DNA from: Spirochaetia bacterium
Lineage (GTDB): Bacteria; Spirochaetota; Spirochaetia; SZUA-6; Bin103
NCBI GenBank assembly: GCA_965203055.1
Contig: OZ241863.1
Span: forward strand, 736,001 to 800,000
Length of the DNA stretch: 64,000 bases
Direction: 5' to 3'
A program made the translations under genes and the position numbers. Numbering within the stretch: position 1 is the stretch's first letter; each line of letters begins with the position of its first letter. The notes under the pieces are model-generated. The model worked only from the letters and a program-made list of their open reading frames with translations. It did no database searches and had not been told where the DNA came from. Positions 13,150-23,535 of the stretch are shown here, in pieces.

Positions 13150-13692
13150 ATGAGTAGCCGGATGAGTGGCCGGATGGGTGGCCGGATGGGCGGGCGCGGC
13201 TTCAACGAGCGCCGCGACGACATGTTCGAGAAGCTGGTGCGTCTGAACCGCATCGCCAAGGTGGTGAAGGGCGGACGCCGCTTCTCATTCTCGGCGTTGG
13301 TGGTAGTGGGCGACCGCAAGGGCCGGGTCGGCTACGGGTTCGGCAAGGCCAACTACGTGGCGGACGCCATCCGCAAGAGCAGCGACCGGGCGCGGCGCAA
13401 CCTGGTGCAGGTGCCGCGCCGCCGCTCGACGCTGCCGCACCCCGTCAACGGAATGTTCAAGGGGTCCAACGTACTCCTCCGGCCGGCCGCGCCCGGTACC
13501 GGGATCATTGCGGGCGGGCCGGTGCGCGCGGTGATGGAGGCGGCCGGCATCACCGACGTACTGAGCAAGTCGCTCGGTTCGCAGAACCCCATGAACATCG
13601 TCAAGGCGGTGTTCGCCGGCTTCGAACGGCTCATGGATGCCCGCACCGTGGCCGCCAACCGCGGCAAGACGGTGCGCGAACTGTGGGGGTAG
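13150..13692 (+). CDS. rpsE: 30S ribosomal protein S5
   Basis: [31 protein letters not shown]; start ambiguous among four repeated ATGs. Confidence 0.97.
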   Translation: MSSRMSGRMGGRMGGRGFNERRDDMFEKLVRLNRIAKVVKGGRRFSFSALVVVGDRKGRVGYGFGKANYVADAIRKSSDRARRNLVQVPRRRSTLPHPVNGMFKGSNVLLRPAAPGTGIIAGGPVRAVMEAAGITDVLSKSLGSQNPMNIVKAVFAGFERLMDARTVAANRGKTVRELWG

Positions 13693-13694
13693 AC

Positions 13695-13904
13695 GTGGGT
13701 GAACCGGCGCCCGGCGCGCTGCGCATCCGCTTGGTGCGGAGTCCGGCGGGACGCAAGCCGCGCCATCGACGCACCCTGGAGGCATTGGGCCTGCGCCGGG
13801 TGGGTCAGACCGTGCGCCACGCGGCGCGGCCGGAGATTCTGAAGATGGTGGCGCAGGTGTCCTATCTGTTGGCCGTGGAACCTGCCGCGGGAGAGGAGTC
13901 GTGA
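13695..13904 (+). CDS. rpmD: 50S ribosomal protein L30
   Basis: IRLVRS.AG...TLEALGLRR; between rpsE and rplO; GTG start inferred. Confidence 0.9.
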   Translation: MGEPAPGALRIRLVRSPAGRKPRHRRTLEALGLRRVGQTVRHAARPEILKMVAQVSYLLAVEPAAGEES

Positions 13905-14368
13905 GCGACCGGGCGGCAAGGTATCTTTCCATCGATGGTCCCCGCAAGCCGCGCGGCGCCACGCGCCCGCGCCGCGTCGTCGGACGGGGCGCCGGGAGCG
14001 GCCGCGGCAGCACCGCCGGGCGCGGTACCAAGGGCCAGAACGCGCGCTCGGGCGGCGGCGTGCGGCCCGGGTTCGAGGGCGGCCAGATGCCCCTCTACCG
14101 GCGAATCGCGCGGCGCGGGTTTTCCAACGCCCTGTTTCGCGCGGAATACACGGTGATCAATCTGGACGCGCTGGCGCGGTTCGAGGCAGGCGCCGTCGTG
14201 ACGGCGCAATCGCTGGCCGAGCGCGGCGTCATCAAGAAGCCGGGCGCCGCGGTCAAGATTCTCGGTAACGGCAATGTCGCGGTCAGTCTGGACGTGCGGG
14301 TGGCGCAGGTGTCGAGCGGCGCCCGCGCCAAGATCGAGGCCGCCGGCGGCAGCGTGACGTTGGTGTAG
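13901..14368 (+). CDS. rplO: 50S ribosomal protein L15
   Basis: GRGAGSG.G.TAGRG.KGQ.ARSG...GFEGGQMPL. Confidence 0.98.
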   Translation: MSDRAARYLSIDGPRKPRGATRPRRVVGRGAGSGRGSTAGRGTKGQNARSGGGVRPGFEGGQMPLYRRIARRGFSNALFRAEYTVINLDALARFEAGAVVTAQSLAERGVIKKPGAAVKILGNGNVAVSLDVRVAQVSSGARAKIEAAGGSVTLV

Positions 14369-14372
14369 CGGC

Positions 14373-15695
14373 GTGGCTTCCAATCCCCTGGTCGACATCT
14401 TCCGAATCAAGGACTTGCGCGACCGCATCCTGTTCACCGTCGCCATGCTGCTGGTGTTCCGACTCGGCGCCGTGCTCCCCATTCCGGGGGTCAACGTCAC
14501 CGCCCTGAATGATTTCTTCACCGCCCAACAGAGCTCCGGAACGGTTGGAATAACTGACTATTTCGACTTCTTTTCCGGCGGCGCGTTTACCAATTTTTCG
14601 GTGTTCATGCTGGGCATCGTACCCTACATCACTACCTCCATCATCATGCAACTCATGCTGATGGTATTCCCGAAGCTGAAGAAGATCTCGGAGGAGGAAG
14701 GGGGCCGGCAACGCATCCAGCGCTACACCCGCTACGGTACCGTGCTGGTGTGTCTGGTACAATCCTTCACGGTGACCGAGTTTGCCAATTCGATTCCCGA
14801 CGCCATCACCATGGCGCGCGTGCCGTACACCATAATCGCGATGATTACGGTTACCGCCGGCACCGTGTTCCTGATGTGGATCGGAGAACAGATTACGCAG
14901 CGGGGCATTGGCAACGGCATCTCGCTGCTTATCTTTGCGGGCATCGTGGCGCGGGTTCCCAACGCGATCTGGATCATCATTACCCAGATCCAGAGACAGG
15001 ACCTGAATCCGGTGTACGCCATCGTGGTATTCGGCGTGTTCGTCGGCGTCATCGCGCTGATCGTGTACGAGCAGCAGGGCCAGCGCAGGATCCCGGTCAA
15101 CTACGCCAAGCGGGTGGTGGGACGCCGCGTATACGGCGCGCAGAATGCCTATCTGCCGTTCAAGATCAATCCTTCCGGGGTCATTCCCGTAATCTTCGCG
15201 TCGTCGGCGTTGATCTTCCCGTTGCAGATCGCGCAGAACCTCGGCAGCAGTCAGGCGTGGTTGTCGCGCTTCGCCTCGTGGCTCCGCCCGGACGGGCTGC
15301 CGTACGTGATCGTGTACGCCTTGCTGATCATCTTCTTCGCCTATTTCTATACGCAGGTGACGCTGAATCCGGTCGAGATCGCGCGTCAGATTCGCGAGAA
15401 CGGCGGTTCCATCCGCGGTATCAGTTCGGAGAACATGCGGGAGTATTTGACGCGCATCCTGAACCGCATCATTCTGCCGGGGGCGCTGTTCCTGGCATTC
15501 ATCGCAATCATACCATCCATCATCCAGGCGTTGTTCGCGTTCCCGTCCTCGGTCGCGTTCTTGATGGGCGGCACCTCGCTGCTGATCATGGTGGGAGTGG
15601 ACCTCGACACCATGAGCCAGATAGAAGGGCACCTGAGGATGCATCACCACGAGGGACTGACCAAGAAGGGCCGCATCCGGTCCCGCAACCTGTGA
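14373..15695 (+). CDS. secY: Preprotein translocase subunit SecY
   Basis: LGIVPYIT.SII.QL, GIGNGISLLIFAGI, GGTSLLIMVGV; multiple hydrophobic segments. Confidence 0.99.
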   Translation: MASNPLVDIFRIKDLRDRILFTVAMLLVFRLGAVLPIPGVNVTALNDFFTAQQSSGTVGITDYFDFFSGGAFTNFSVFMLGIVPYITTSIIMQLMLMVFPKLKKISEEEGGRQRIQRYTRYGTVLVCLVQSFTVTEFANSIPDAITMARVPYTIIAMITVTAGTVFLMWIGEQITQRGIGNGISLLIFAGIVARVPNAIWIIITQIQRQDLNPVYAIVVFGVFVGVIALIVYEQQGQRRIPVNYAKRVVGRRVYGAQNAYLPFKINPSGVIPVIFASSALIFPLQIAQNLGSSQAWLSRFASWLRPDGLPYVIVYALLIIFFAYFYTQVTLNPVEIARQIRENGGSIRGISSENMREYLTRILNRIILPGALFLAFIAIIPSIIQALFAFPSSVAFLMGGTSLLIMVGVDLDTMSQIEGHLRMHHHEGLTKKGRIRSRNL

Positions 15696-15723
15696 TCCAC
15701 GGATACCTTAGGAGAGTGACCGC

Positions 15724-15840
15724 ATGAAGGTACGCGTCAGTGTCAAGAAGATGTGCAACAAGTGCAAGGTGATCCGCCGCCGCGGGGTGGTGCGCGTGAT
15801 CTGCGACAACCCCAAGCACAAGCAGCGGCAACGCGGGTGA
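15724..15840 (+). CDS. rpmJ: 50S ribosomal protein L36 (below the ORF-track cutoff)
   Basis: Manual translation [46 protein letters not shown]. Confidence 0.97.
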   Translation: MKVRVSVKKMCNKCKVIRRRGVVRVICDNPKHKQRQRG

Positions 15841-15862
15841 TGCCGCGCTTCATGGAGGCAGC

Positions 15863-16243
15863 ATGGCACGAATAGCGGGTATCGACCTGCCCAACAAGCA
15901 CGTAGATATCGCTCTGACCTATATCTTCGGCATTGGACGTTCGGCGGCGAGCGCCATCTGTCACACCGTCGGAGTGGATCCCGAGGCGCGGATGAGCGAT
16001 CTCACCGCCGATCAGGTGACTCGCCTGCGGCAGGTGATCGAGTCCGACTACCAGGTAGAGGGGCGGCTGCGCAGCGAGGTGTCGATGCACATCAAGCGGT
16101 TGATGGACATCGGCTGCTACCGCGGCATCCGGCATCGCCGCGGCCTCCCGGTTCGGGGGCAGCGTACCCGTACCAACGCCCGCATTCGCAAGGGCAAGCG
16201 CAAGACGGTGGCCGGCAAGCGCAAGGCGCCGTCCGCCAAGTAG
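15863..16243 (+). CDS. rpsM: 30S ribosomal protein S13
   Basis: MARIAG...[10 protein letters not shown]...[14 protein letters not shown]. Confidence 0.99.
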   Translation: MARIAGIDLPNKHVDIALTYIFGIGRSAASAICHTVGVDPEARMSDLTADQVTRLRQVIESDYQVEGRLRSEVSMHIKRLMDIGCYRGIRHRRGLPVRGQRTRTNARIRKGKRKTVAGKRKAPSAK

Positions 16244-16256
16244 CAACGGAGAAGCA

Positions 16257-16628
16257 GTGGCTAAACGAGCAGCGAGAAGACAGGTAAGCCAGGGCAACGT
16301 CTACATTCAGGCTACCTTCAACAACACGATCGTCACGATTACCGACCTCATGGGCAACGCGGTGGCTTGGGCATCCGCCGGTTCGCTCGGCTTCCGGGGC
16401 GCGAAGAAGTCGACCCCGTTCGCCGCTCAGACCACGGCGGAGACCGCGGCGCGCAGGGCGATGGAGTACGGCCTGCAGGAAGTGAGCGTCTACGTCAAAG
16501 GGCCGGGCGGCGGCGGCGAGTCCGCGATTCGTTCGCTGGGGGCGTTGGGGTTGCGAGTGCGGGCGATCCGCAACGTCACTCCGATACCGCACAACGGCTG
16601 CCGCCCGCAGAAGAAGCGGCGGGTGTGA
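16257..16628 (+). CDS. rpsK: 30S ribosomal protein S11
   Basis: [11 protein letters not shown]...KSTPFAAQ...[10 protein letters not shown]. Confidence 0.99.
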   Translation: MAKRAARRQVSQGNVYIQATFNNTIVTITDLMGNAVAWASAGSLGFRGAKKSTPFAAQTTAETAARRAMEYGLQEVSVYVKGPGGGGESAIRSLGALGLRVRAIRNVTPIPHNGCRPQKKRRV

Positions 16629-16640
16629 GAGGAGCCGATC

Positions 16641-17276
16641 ATGGGTAGGTACCTGGGACCGGCGTGTCGGCTGTGCCGGACCGAGAACGTGAAGCTGTTT
16701 CTCAAGGGAGACCGCTGCCACAGCCCCAAGTGTCAGATCACCAAGCGCAAGGGCAAACCGGGAAAGAGCCCGCGCGCGCGTCCCCAGAAGGTGTCTGATT
16801 TCGGCGTGCAGATGCGCGAAAAGCAGAAGGTAAAGCGCATGTATGGCATGTTCGAGCGCCAGTTTCGGAACTTCTTTCAGAAGGCGGCGCGAGAACGCGG
16901 CGTGACCGGCGAGAACCTGATCAGGCTGCTGGAAAAGAGGCTCGACAACATCGTATACCGGCTCCATTTCGCATCTTCGCGGAAGCAGGCCCGGCAGCTC
17001 GTCGCGCACGGCCATATTCTGGTGAACGGCCGGAGGGTCACCATTCCGTCGTATCTGGTGCGCGAAAACGATTCCATCGAGGTGCACGAACGCGCCAAGC
17101 GGCTGACCATAATAAAGGACGGTCTCAAGGAGTTTTCCCGGGCCGGAGTGGTGCCGTGGCTGCAGGTCGATCCTGACGCTCTTAGCGGGCTGGTACGGGC
17201 CATTCCGCAGCGCAGCGAGGTCACCGATCTGGCTGACGTGAACGAGCAGCTCATCGTCGAGCTGTACTCGAAGTGA
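16641..17276 (+). CDS. rpsD: 30S ribosomal protein S4
   Basis: CRLCR, LEKRLDNIVYR, ARQLVAHGH, IVELYSK. Confidence 0.99.
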   Translation: MGRYLGPACRLCRTENVKLFLKGDRCHSPKCQITKRKGKPGKSPRARPQKVSDFGVQMREKQKVKRMYGMFERQFRNFFQKAARERGVTGENLIRLLEKRLDNIVYRLHFASSRKQARQLVAHGHILVNGRRVTIPSYLVRENDSIEVHERAKRLTIIKDGLKEFSRAGVVPWLQVDPDALSGLVRAIPQRSEVTDLADVNEQLIVELYSK

Positions 17277-17282
17277 GTCGCC

Positions 17283-18434
17283 ATGCCGCGTAAGAGTCTG
17301 CTGACGGGACTGATGCGTCCCAAGAACATCCAGTTCGAGCACGATGAAGTGGGCGACCGGTTCGGCCGCTTCATCGCCTACCCGTTCGAGCGTGGCTACG
17401 GGGTAACCGTGGGCAATACGCTGCGGCGCATCCTGCTTTCCTCGATCCAGGGATACGCCGTGTCGGCGATTCACGTGACCAGCTTCGACGCCGAGGGAGT
17501 TCCCAGCGTCCTGTCCAGCGAATTCGATTCGATTCCCAACGTAGTCGAAGACACGCCCGACGTCATCAACGCTCTGAAGCAGCTCAAGATCGCGCTTGCG
17601 GACGAGCTGGACCAGAAGACCATTGTGATCGAGACCAAGGGTCCCGCCGAGCTTACCGGCGCCGATCTTGGCGCCGACCGGCAGGTGCGGATGCTCAATC
17701 CGGAGCTGAAGCTGGCCACGCTCATGGAAGGCGCCAACCTGCTGCTTGAGATTCAGATCGAGCTGGGGCGCGGCTACGTTCCGGCCGAGCGTCACAAACA
17801 GTACATACAGGTGGCGGGAACCGTCGCCGTGGATGCCATCTTCTCGCCTATCCTGAAGGTGAAGTACACGGTCGAGAACACCCGTGTCGGACAACGCACC
17901 GATTACGACAAGTTGGTCCTCGAGATTACCACCGACGGCACCGTGTCACCGGAAGATGCATTGGCTGAGGCCGCCAAGATAGCCAAGGAACAGTTCACCA
18001 TATTCATCAACTTCGACGAGGAAGAGGGAGCCGAAGACGATGTCTATGATGAAGAGGATGAACGCGCCAGGGCACTGCTCAATACCCCGGTCAAGGAGCT
18101 GGAGTTGTCCGTGCGGTCCAGCAATTGTCTACAGCACGCGCAGATCTATACGATCTGGGACTTGGTGACCAAGACCGAGGAAGAGATCAAGAAGACGCGC
18201 AACTTCGGCACCAAGTCGCTGGACGAGATCAAGTCCCGACTGGCGGCTTTGAATCTGCGTCTCGGAATCAGCGACTACGACGAATTCAAGACCGAGCTGA
18301 GAGGGGAGGACGCGGCGGATGCGGCAGTCGCCGGCGTCGACTCCTACGCGGTCGAGCCGGAGCAGGCGCCGGCGGGTGAGGTTGGCGCCGGCGGCGCCCC
18401 GGCCGCGGCCCCGGTGGAGGGGCAACAGGCATGA
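17283..18434 (+). CDS. rpoA: RNA polymerase alpha subunit
   Basis: [43 protein letters not shown]. Confidence 0.99.
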   Translation: MPRKSLLTGLMRPKNIQFEHDEVGDRFGRFIAYPFERGYGVTVGNTLRRILLSSIQGYAVSAIHVTSFDAEGVPSVLSSEFDSIPNVVEDTPDVINALKQLKIALADELDQKTIVIETKGPAELTGADLGADRQVRMLNPELKLATLMEGANLLLEIQIELGRGYVPAERHKQYIQVAGTVAVDAIFSPILKVKYTVENTRVGQRTDYDKLVLEITTDGTVSPEDALAEAAKIAKEQFTIFINFDEEEGAEDDVYDEEDERARALLNTPVKELELSVRSSNCLQHAQIYTIWDLVTKTEEEIKKTRNFGTKSLDEIKSRLAALNLRLGISDYDEFKTELRGEDAADAAVAGVDSYAVEPEQAPAGEVGAGGAPAAAPVEGQQA

Positions 18435-18808
18435 AGCACAGAGTCGGCGTGAACCGTCTGGATCGCAAGGCGAGTCATCGCCGGGCGTTGCACCGGAACA
18501 TGGTTACGGCGTTGTTCCGGTACGAGCGGATTCGTACCACCAAGGCCAAGGCGCGGGAGATCACGCGTACTGCGGAGCGTTTGATTACGCGGGCGCGGGT
18601 GGACAACGTGCACAACCGGCGGCAGGCGGCGCGGCGCATCCGGGACAAAGAGGTCCTGCGGAAGCTGTTCGAAGATATTGCGGGACGGTTTGCGGGCCGT
18701 CCCGGCGGCTATACGCGGCGCACCAAACTGGGTAGACGGTACGGTGACGCGGCGGAGATGGTGCTGCTGGAACTGGTCGTGCTCAAGGACGCTGCTGCCG
18801 GATCGTGA
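18431..18808 (+). CDS. rplQ: 50S ribosomal protein L17
   Basis: MKHR...[10 protein letters not shown]...RPGGYTR...GDAAEM. Confidence 0.98.
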   Translation: MKHRVGVNRLDRKASHRRALHRNMVTALFRYERIRTTKAKAREITRTAERLITRARVDNVHNRRQAARRIRDKEVLRKLFEDIAGRFAGRPGGYTRRTKLGRRYGDAAEMVLLELVVLKDAAAGS

Positions 18809-18850
18809 CCGGCCGCGCCGCGGGCCGGATTCCCGGGGCGGCGCGCGCAG

Positions 18851-19441
18851 GTGACCGGTTGGCTCGACCGGCGCCTGTCGGCCCGCGCGCTGCTGCTGGG
18901 CTCCGGTATCGCGGCGCCGTCGATGCTGCTTCCGGCGCATCCGGTCGTCCGCTCCCTGCTGTTGCTGCTGCTGATCCTGCTGGTGCTCGGCATGCGCCGG
19001 CGGGTGCGCTGGGGCCGCACGGCGATGTTCTTCGTTGCCGTGGTGGGTTTCAATCTTGCCGCTCCCGGGGGCCGGGTGCTGCTGGAGGCGGGAGGCTTTC
19101 CGGTGACCGAAGGGGCGCTTGGCGCCGGGCTGGCGAAAGCGTTCAGCCTTACCAGTCTGCTGTTGCTGTCGAAACTGGGGATCAGGCGCGATCTGGAGTT
19201 GCCCGGCAGGGTCGGCGGACTGCTGTCTCTCACTCTGGCCTACGTGCGCTATCTGCTCGACGCCGACGTGAAGCTGCTGGCGCGCGACCCCATCGGCCGC
19301 CTCGATGGATTGCTCCTGGAAGCGCAGGCAGGCGTCGGCGCGCTGCCCGCGGCGGCGCCCGGGCGGTCGACCGCGGCCGGTATCGGCATCCTCGCCGCGC
19401 TGGTAGCGCTGCTCTGGACGGCGGCCATTGTCGGCTCGTAG
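18851..19441 (+). CDS. Hypothetical integral membrane protein
   Basis: About four hydrophobic segments; follows rplQ in the same direction; no family recognised with confidence. Confidence 0.6.
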   Translation: MTGWLDRRLSARALLLGSGIAAPSMLLPAHPVVRSLLLLLLILLVLGMRRRVRWGRTAMFFVAVVGFNLAAPGGRVLLEAGGFPVTEGALGAGLAKAFSLTSLLLLSKLGIRRDLELPGRVGGLLSLTLAYVRYLLDADVKLLARDPIGRLDGLLLEAQAGVGALPAAAPGRSTAAGIGILAALVALLWTAAIVGS

Positions 19442-20135
19442 GAGCACGGTGGCGGCGTACGAGGCCGCGGCAGTTGCCGAGGCGGTGGCGGCGGCCCGCC
19501 GCAGCGTGGCGCTGGAGGGAGGCGTCTATCGAATCCGCCAGGAACTGTACGGCCCCCCCGCGCGCCGGTCGCTGCGCCGGACGGCGGAGGCGGCGATCAC
19601 CGACGCAAAGCTGCAGCGACTGGCCGCCGCCGGGCGCCGGCAGGAGTGGCGGATTCCGGTTACGGCGCAGGGGTTGCGCTACGATGCGCTGCTTGCGCGG
19701 TATCCCGATTCGGGTGCGCCGGCGGTCCGCGCGCGCGCGTTGGAGGAGCTGCGCCGGACGCTCGGCGCCGGCGGAGCGGCGCAGTTGACGTGGCGGGATG
19801 CCGCCTGCCGCATGACGCTCGCAGTCGGCTCCCTGGCGCCCCTCGCCGGTGCCTACGGGCTGGCTCCGGGCAGCGCCCTCTACGACCACTGCCTGGCGCC
19901 GCGGCGCTACCTGGTGGTGGATGCCGAGACCTCGGGCCGGGCGTGGCAGCGGTACGCCGCCGGCCTGGAGACGGCGCTGGCGGGCGGCGGCGGGCGGCTC
20001 GCGCTGCTGCCGGCCGTCATCGACGCGGCGCCGGCGTACCTGCTGTTCGCCGGCGCCGCGCCGGCCAACGATCGCCCGCCCGCCGGCGGCTGGGATCTGA
20101 CCACCCTCATCACCCGGCTCAACCTGCATCCGTGA
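19428..20135 (+). CDS. Hypothetical protein (start uncertain, GTG 19448 possible)
   Basis: 235-aa ORF filling the gap before rny with plausible composition. Confidence 0.5.
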   Translation: MSARRSTVAAYEAAAVAEAVAAARRSVALEGGVYRIRQELYGPPARRSLRRTAEAAITDAKLQRLAAAGRRQEWRIPVTAQGLRYDALLARYPDSGAPAVRARALEELRRTLGAGGAAQLTWRDAACRMTLAVGSLAPLAGAYGLAPGSALYDHCLAPRRYLVVDAETSGRAWQRYAAGLETALAGGGGRLALLPAVIDAAPAYLLFAGAAPANDRPPAGGWDLTTLITRLNLHP

Positions 20136-20179
20136 CGGCCCGCGCGGCGGGCCGGCGGCGCGCCGCGGCGGGGTTCAGC

Positions 20180-20209
20180 TTGACACCGGTCCAGGGGCAA
20201 CAGTACGTT
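20180..20209 (+). promoter_or_regulatory. Putative sigma70 promoter of the rny operon
   Basis: TTGACA (20180-85), 18 bp spacer, TACGTT (20204-09). Confidence 0.5.
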
Positions 20210-20243
20210 GGTGAATGCTCAATTAACTTGATGGAGGAAGGAT

Positions 20244-21776
20244 ATGCAAGCCGTGCTACGGGTTGTGCTTCCTCTCGTTGCTGGAATTGGACTAGGGTGG
20301 CTCATCCGCTGGCTGTACGCCAGGCTGGAGTTGGCGTCTTCCGAACAGAAGGCGCGACGGATCATAAAGGACGCCACGCAAGACGCAGAAGCCAAGAAGC
20401 GCGAGGCGCTCTTGGAGGCCAAAGATGAGATACTGCAGGAACGGAATCAACTGGAACGGGATACGCGGACACGCCGGACCGAGGTCCAGCGTCTCGAACA
20501 ACGGTTGTTGCGCAAGGAAGAGAACCTAGAGAAGCGACGGGAGGCGGTTGAGCGCCAGGAACAGTCATTTATCGCTCGTGAGGAAGCTCTGGCGGCGCGC
20601 GAGGTCGACGTCAGCCGCGCGCACGAGGAGTGGACCGCGAAGCTGGAACGGGTTTCGCAACTGAGCAGGGAGGATGCCAAGAAGATCCTCGTCGGCAGCA
20701 TCGAGGACGAAGCGCGTCTGGAAGCGCAGGCGCTGGTCCTCAATGTCGAGAACGAGGCACGACAGACCGCGGAACGCAAGGCGCGCGCGGTGGTGGTGAC
20801 CACCATGCAACGGCTGGCTTCGGAAACCACCTCCGAAGTAAGCGTCGCGTCGGTGAATCTGCCCAGCGACGACATGAAGGGACGGATCATCGGCCGTGAA
20901 GGGCGCAACATCCGTACCCTGGAGAACCTCACCGGCGTGGATATCATCATCGACGATACCCCGGAGGCGGTGGTGCTCTCCTGCTTCGACCCGTTGCGCA
21001 AGGAGACCGCGCGTCTCGCCCTGGAGCGGCTGATCGCGGATGGACGGATCCATCCGGCGCGGATCGAAGAGATCGTGCGCAAGGTGCACCGCGATCTGGA
21101 GAAGTCGATCGAAGAGGACGCCGAGCGGGTGCTGCTCGAGTTGGAGATCCCCAGCATGCACCATGACTTGGTGATGACGTTGGGCCGCCTCAGGTACCGC
21201 ACCAGCTACGGTCAGAATCAGCTCGCGCACGCGCGGGAAACTGCGCTTCTGGGGGCGATGATCGCGGCCGAGACCGGCAGCAACATCCAGTTCAGCAAGC
21301 GCGCGTCGCTGCTGCACGACATCGGCAAGGCGATCGATGCCGACGAAGACCTCGGACACGCGGTTACCGGGATGGAGCTGGCGCGCCGTTGCGGCGAGGA
21401 CGAGATCGTGTGCAACGCGATCGGCGCCCACCACTACGACGTCGAGCCGCAGGGGGTCGAGGCGATCATCGTCCAGATCGCCGACACCATATCGGCATCG
21501 CGGCCCGGCGCGCGGCGCGAGTCGCTGGACAACTACCTCAAGCGCCTGGAGAACCTGGAGCGAATCGCCGACAGCTACCCGGGAGTGGAGCGCACCTACG
21601 CCATTCAGGCCGGCCGCGAGCTGCGGGTCATGGTGAGCAACGACCGGGTGTCGGATGACGGAGCGCGCGAACTGGGCCGGCAGATCGCCAAGCAGATCGA
21701 GGCCGAGTTGAAGTATCCGGGCCGCATCAAGGTTACCGTGATCCGCGAGACGCGGGTAGTGGAATATGCGCGCTGA
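20244..21776 (+). CDS. rny: Ribonuclease Y
   Basis: N-terminal TM, coiled coil, KH domain (MKGRIIGREGRNIR), HD domain (LLHDIGK). Confidence 0.98.
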   Translation: MQAVLRVVLPLVAGIGLGWLIRWLYARLELASSEQKARRIIKDATQDAEAKKREALLEAKDEILQERNQLERDTRTRRTEVQRLEQRLLRKEENLEKRREAVERQEQSFIAREEALAAREVDVSRAHEEWTAKLERVSQLSREDAKKILVGSIEDEARLEAQALVLNVENEARQTAERKARAVVVTTMQRLASETTSEVSVASVNLPSDDMKGRIIGREGRNIRTLENLTGVDIIIDDTPEAVVLSCFDPLRKETARLALERLIADGRIHPARIEEIVRKVHRDLEKSIEEDAERVLLELEIPSMHHDLVMTLGRLRYRTSYGQNQLAHARETALLGAMIAAETGSNIQFSKRASLLHDIGKAIDADEDLGHAVTGMELARRCGEDEIVCNAIGAHHYDVEPQGVEAIIVQIADTISASRPGARRESLDNYLKRLENLERIADSYPGVERTYAIQAGRELRVMVSNDRVSDDGARELGRQIAKQIEAELKYPGRIKVTVIRETRVVEYAR

Positions 21777-21809
21777 CCCGCGCCCCGCGCCGGGCGCGGG
21801 CGTCTGAAC

Positions 21810-22643
21810 TTGGAGCAGTACCTCAGGGCGGGCTCCGGGCCGCCCCCGGCGCCGGAGCCGTTGCGGATCCTCCTGATCGGCGACGTGGTCGGCCCGTCCG
21901 GCATGCGGGCGTTGTTTCTGCATCTCGCCCGGATCAGAAAGCGGCGGCGTTGCGACCTGGTCATTGCCAACGTCGAGAACGCCGCCGCGGGATTTGGCTT
22001 GACCCTTGCCCAGGCGGACGAACTGGCCGGATACGGCATCGACGTGATGACCTCCGGGAACCATATCTGGCAGCAGCATGAGATCTGGCGGCGGCTGGAG
22101 TCGGATACCCGCCTGCTGCGGCCGCACAACTATCCGCCGGGGGTACCCGGCACCGGGGTGTGTCTGTGCGAGGCGGGCGGCGTCACGGTCGGCGTGTTGA
22201 ATCTGGAGGGGCGCGCCGGCATGGGCAACCTGCGCTGTCCGCTGCAGGTCGCGCAGGCGGAGGTGGCCAAGTTGCGGAAGGTCACGCCGCTGGTGGTGGT
22301 GGACATGCACGCCGAGAGCCTCGAAGAGAAGGAGGCCTTGGCGCTGCTGCTCGACGGCACCGTGTCGGCGGTGGTGGGTACCCACACCCACGTGCAGACC
22401 GCCGACGAACGCATTCTTCCGGGCGGCACCGCCTACCTGACCGATCTCGGCATGACCGGGCCGCGCGGCAGCGTGATCGGCATGAAGGCCGAGGTGGTGC
22501 TGCGCCGTTCCCTGACGCAGATGCCCCTGAAGCTGGAGGTGGACGAAGGCCCGGCCGACATCTGCGGCGCCCTGCTGACGGTGGACCGCGCCAGCGGCAA
22601 GGCTACCGCCATCGAACGGGTGCATGAGCGCTCCGAGCTGTAG
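21810..22643 (+). CDS. ymdB: YmdB/TIGR00282-family metallophosphoesterase
   Basis: IGDVVG, NVENAAAGFG, TSGNH, HAE, GTHTHVQTAD, TDLGMTG; follows rny. Confidence 0.93.
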   Translation: MEQYLRAGSGPPPAPEPLRILLIGDVVGPSGMRALFLHLARIRKRRRCDLVIANVENAAAGFGLTLAQADELAGYGIDVMTSGNHIWQQHEIWRRLESDTRLLRPHNYPPGVPGTGVCLCEAGGVTVGVLNLEGRAGMGNLRCPLQVAQAEVAKLRKVTPLVVVDMHAESLEEKEALALLLDGTVSAVVGTHTHVQTADERILPGGTAYLTDLGMTGPRGSVIGMKAEVVLRRSLTQMPLKLEVDEGPADICGALLTVDRASGKATAIERVHERSEL

Positions 22644-23535
22644 TCGGCGCCGGCGCGCGCCGCGCGGCGCGCGCCATACCCTCCTCGACCGCCTGTGCGA
22701 GCTGTACCCTGAGCATGGCCGCAAGCATTGGTACGCCGCGGTGGCCTGCGGCGAGGTGCTGGTGGACGGCGAGCGGGTGCGGGATCCGCAGCGTCCGATT
22801 GCGCCGGCGGCAGCCGTCGGCCCGGTTGCGGAGCCGCCGCTGGCCTCCCGCGCCGGCTACAAGCTGCGCCACGCCCTGACCCGGTTCGGGGCGGAGGTGG
22901 CGGGCAAGGTGATGCTCGACGCCGGAGCCGCCGCCGGAGGCTTCACCGACTGTCTGCTGCGCCATGGGGCGCGTCACGTGCATTGCGTCGACGTGGCGCA
23001 CGGAGCGTTGGCCTATCGGCTGCGCCGGGATCGGCGTACCAGCGTCCACGAACGCACCAACGTGATGCACCTCGCCGGCGGCAGCCTGCAGCCGCCGCCC
23101 GACGGTGCGGTGTGCGATCTTTCGTTCCGTTCGCTGCGCGGGGCCGCGGCGCGCCTGCTGGGACTGACCCGCGAGAACTGGCTGATCGCCTTGATCAAGC
23201 CCCAGTTCGAGTTGGCGCCGCAGGCGGAGCAGGGAGGCCGGGCGCGGTTCGACGGCCGGGTAGTCGGGGCGGACGCCATCGCCGCCGCGGTGGCGGCATT
23301 GCTGCGCGACCTGGCGGCCGAAGGGGTCGCGGTGCGGCGCTGCGCTCCGGCGCCGGTGCGCGGCCGGCGCGGCAACCGCGAGGTGCTGGCGTTACTGGCC
23401 GGCGGGGGCGCCGCGCCGGGCGCGGCGTGGCCGGCCGCGGTCGCGGCGCTGCGCCGGGAACTGCGGCAGGTTGCCGACTACGGCGCCGGCGGGCCGGCAG
23501 CGACGGCGGCGCGGCTGAGCGGGTCTCCGATGTAG
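22624..23535 (+). CDS. tlyA: TlyA-family rRNA 2'-O-methyltransferase
   Basis: S4-like N-terminus, SRAGYKL, DAGAAAGGFTDCLL, DLSFRSL, LIKPQFE, GNRE. Confidence 0.9.
   Translation: MSAPSCSRRRRAPRGARHTLLDRLCELYPEHGRKHWYAAVACGEVLVDGERVRDPQRPIAPAAAVGPVAEPPLASRAGYKLRHALTRFGAEVAGKVMLDAGAAAGGFTDCLLRHGARHVHCVDVAHGALAYRLRRDRRTSVHERTNVMHLAGGSLQPPPDGAVCDLSFRSLRGAAARLLGLTRENWLIALIKPQFELAPQAEQGGRARFDGRVVGADAIAAAVAALLRDLAAEGVAVRRCAPAPVRGRRGNREVLALLAGGGAAPGAAWPAAVAALRRELRQVADYGAGGPAATAARLSGSPM

Noticed and set aside
15695..15724. Missing adk/map/infA between secY and rpmJ as a deletion
   Set aside because: Direct secY-rpmJ linkage is a known lineage arrangement, and no remnant sequence is present.
23478..23535. 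58-bp convergent overlap of tlyA and the GerMN gene as a regulatory feature
   Set aside because: Both tails are low-complexity; most simply explained by stop-codon scarcity at high GC.
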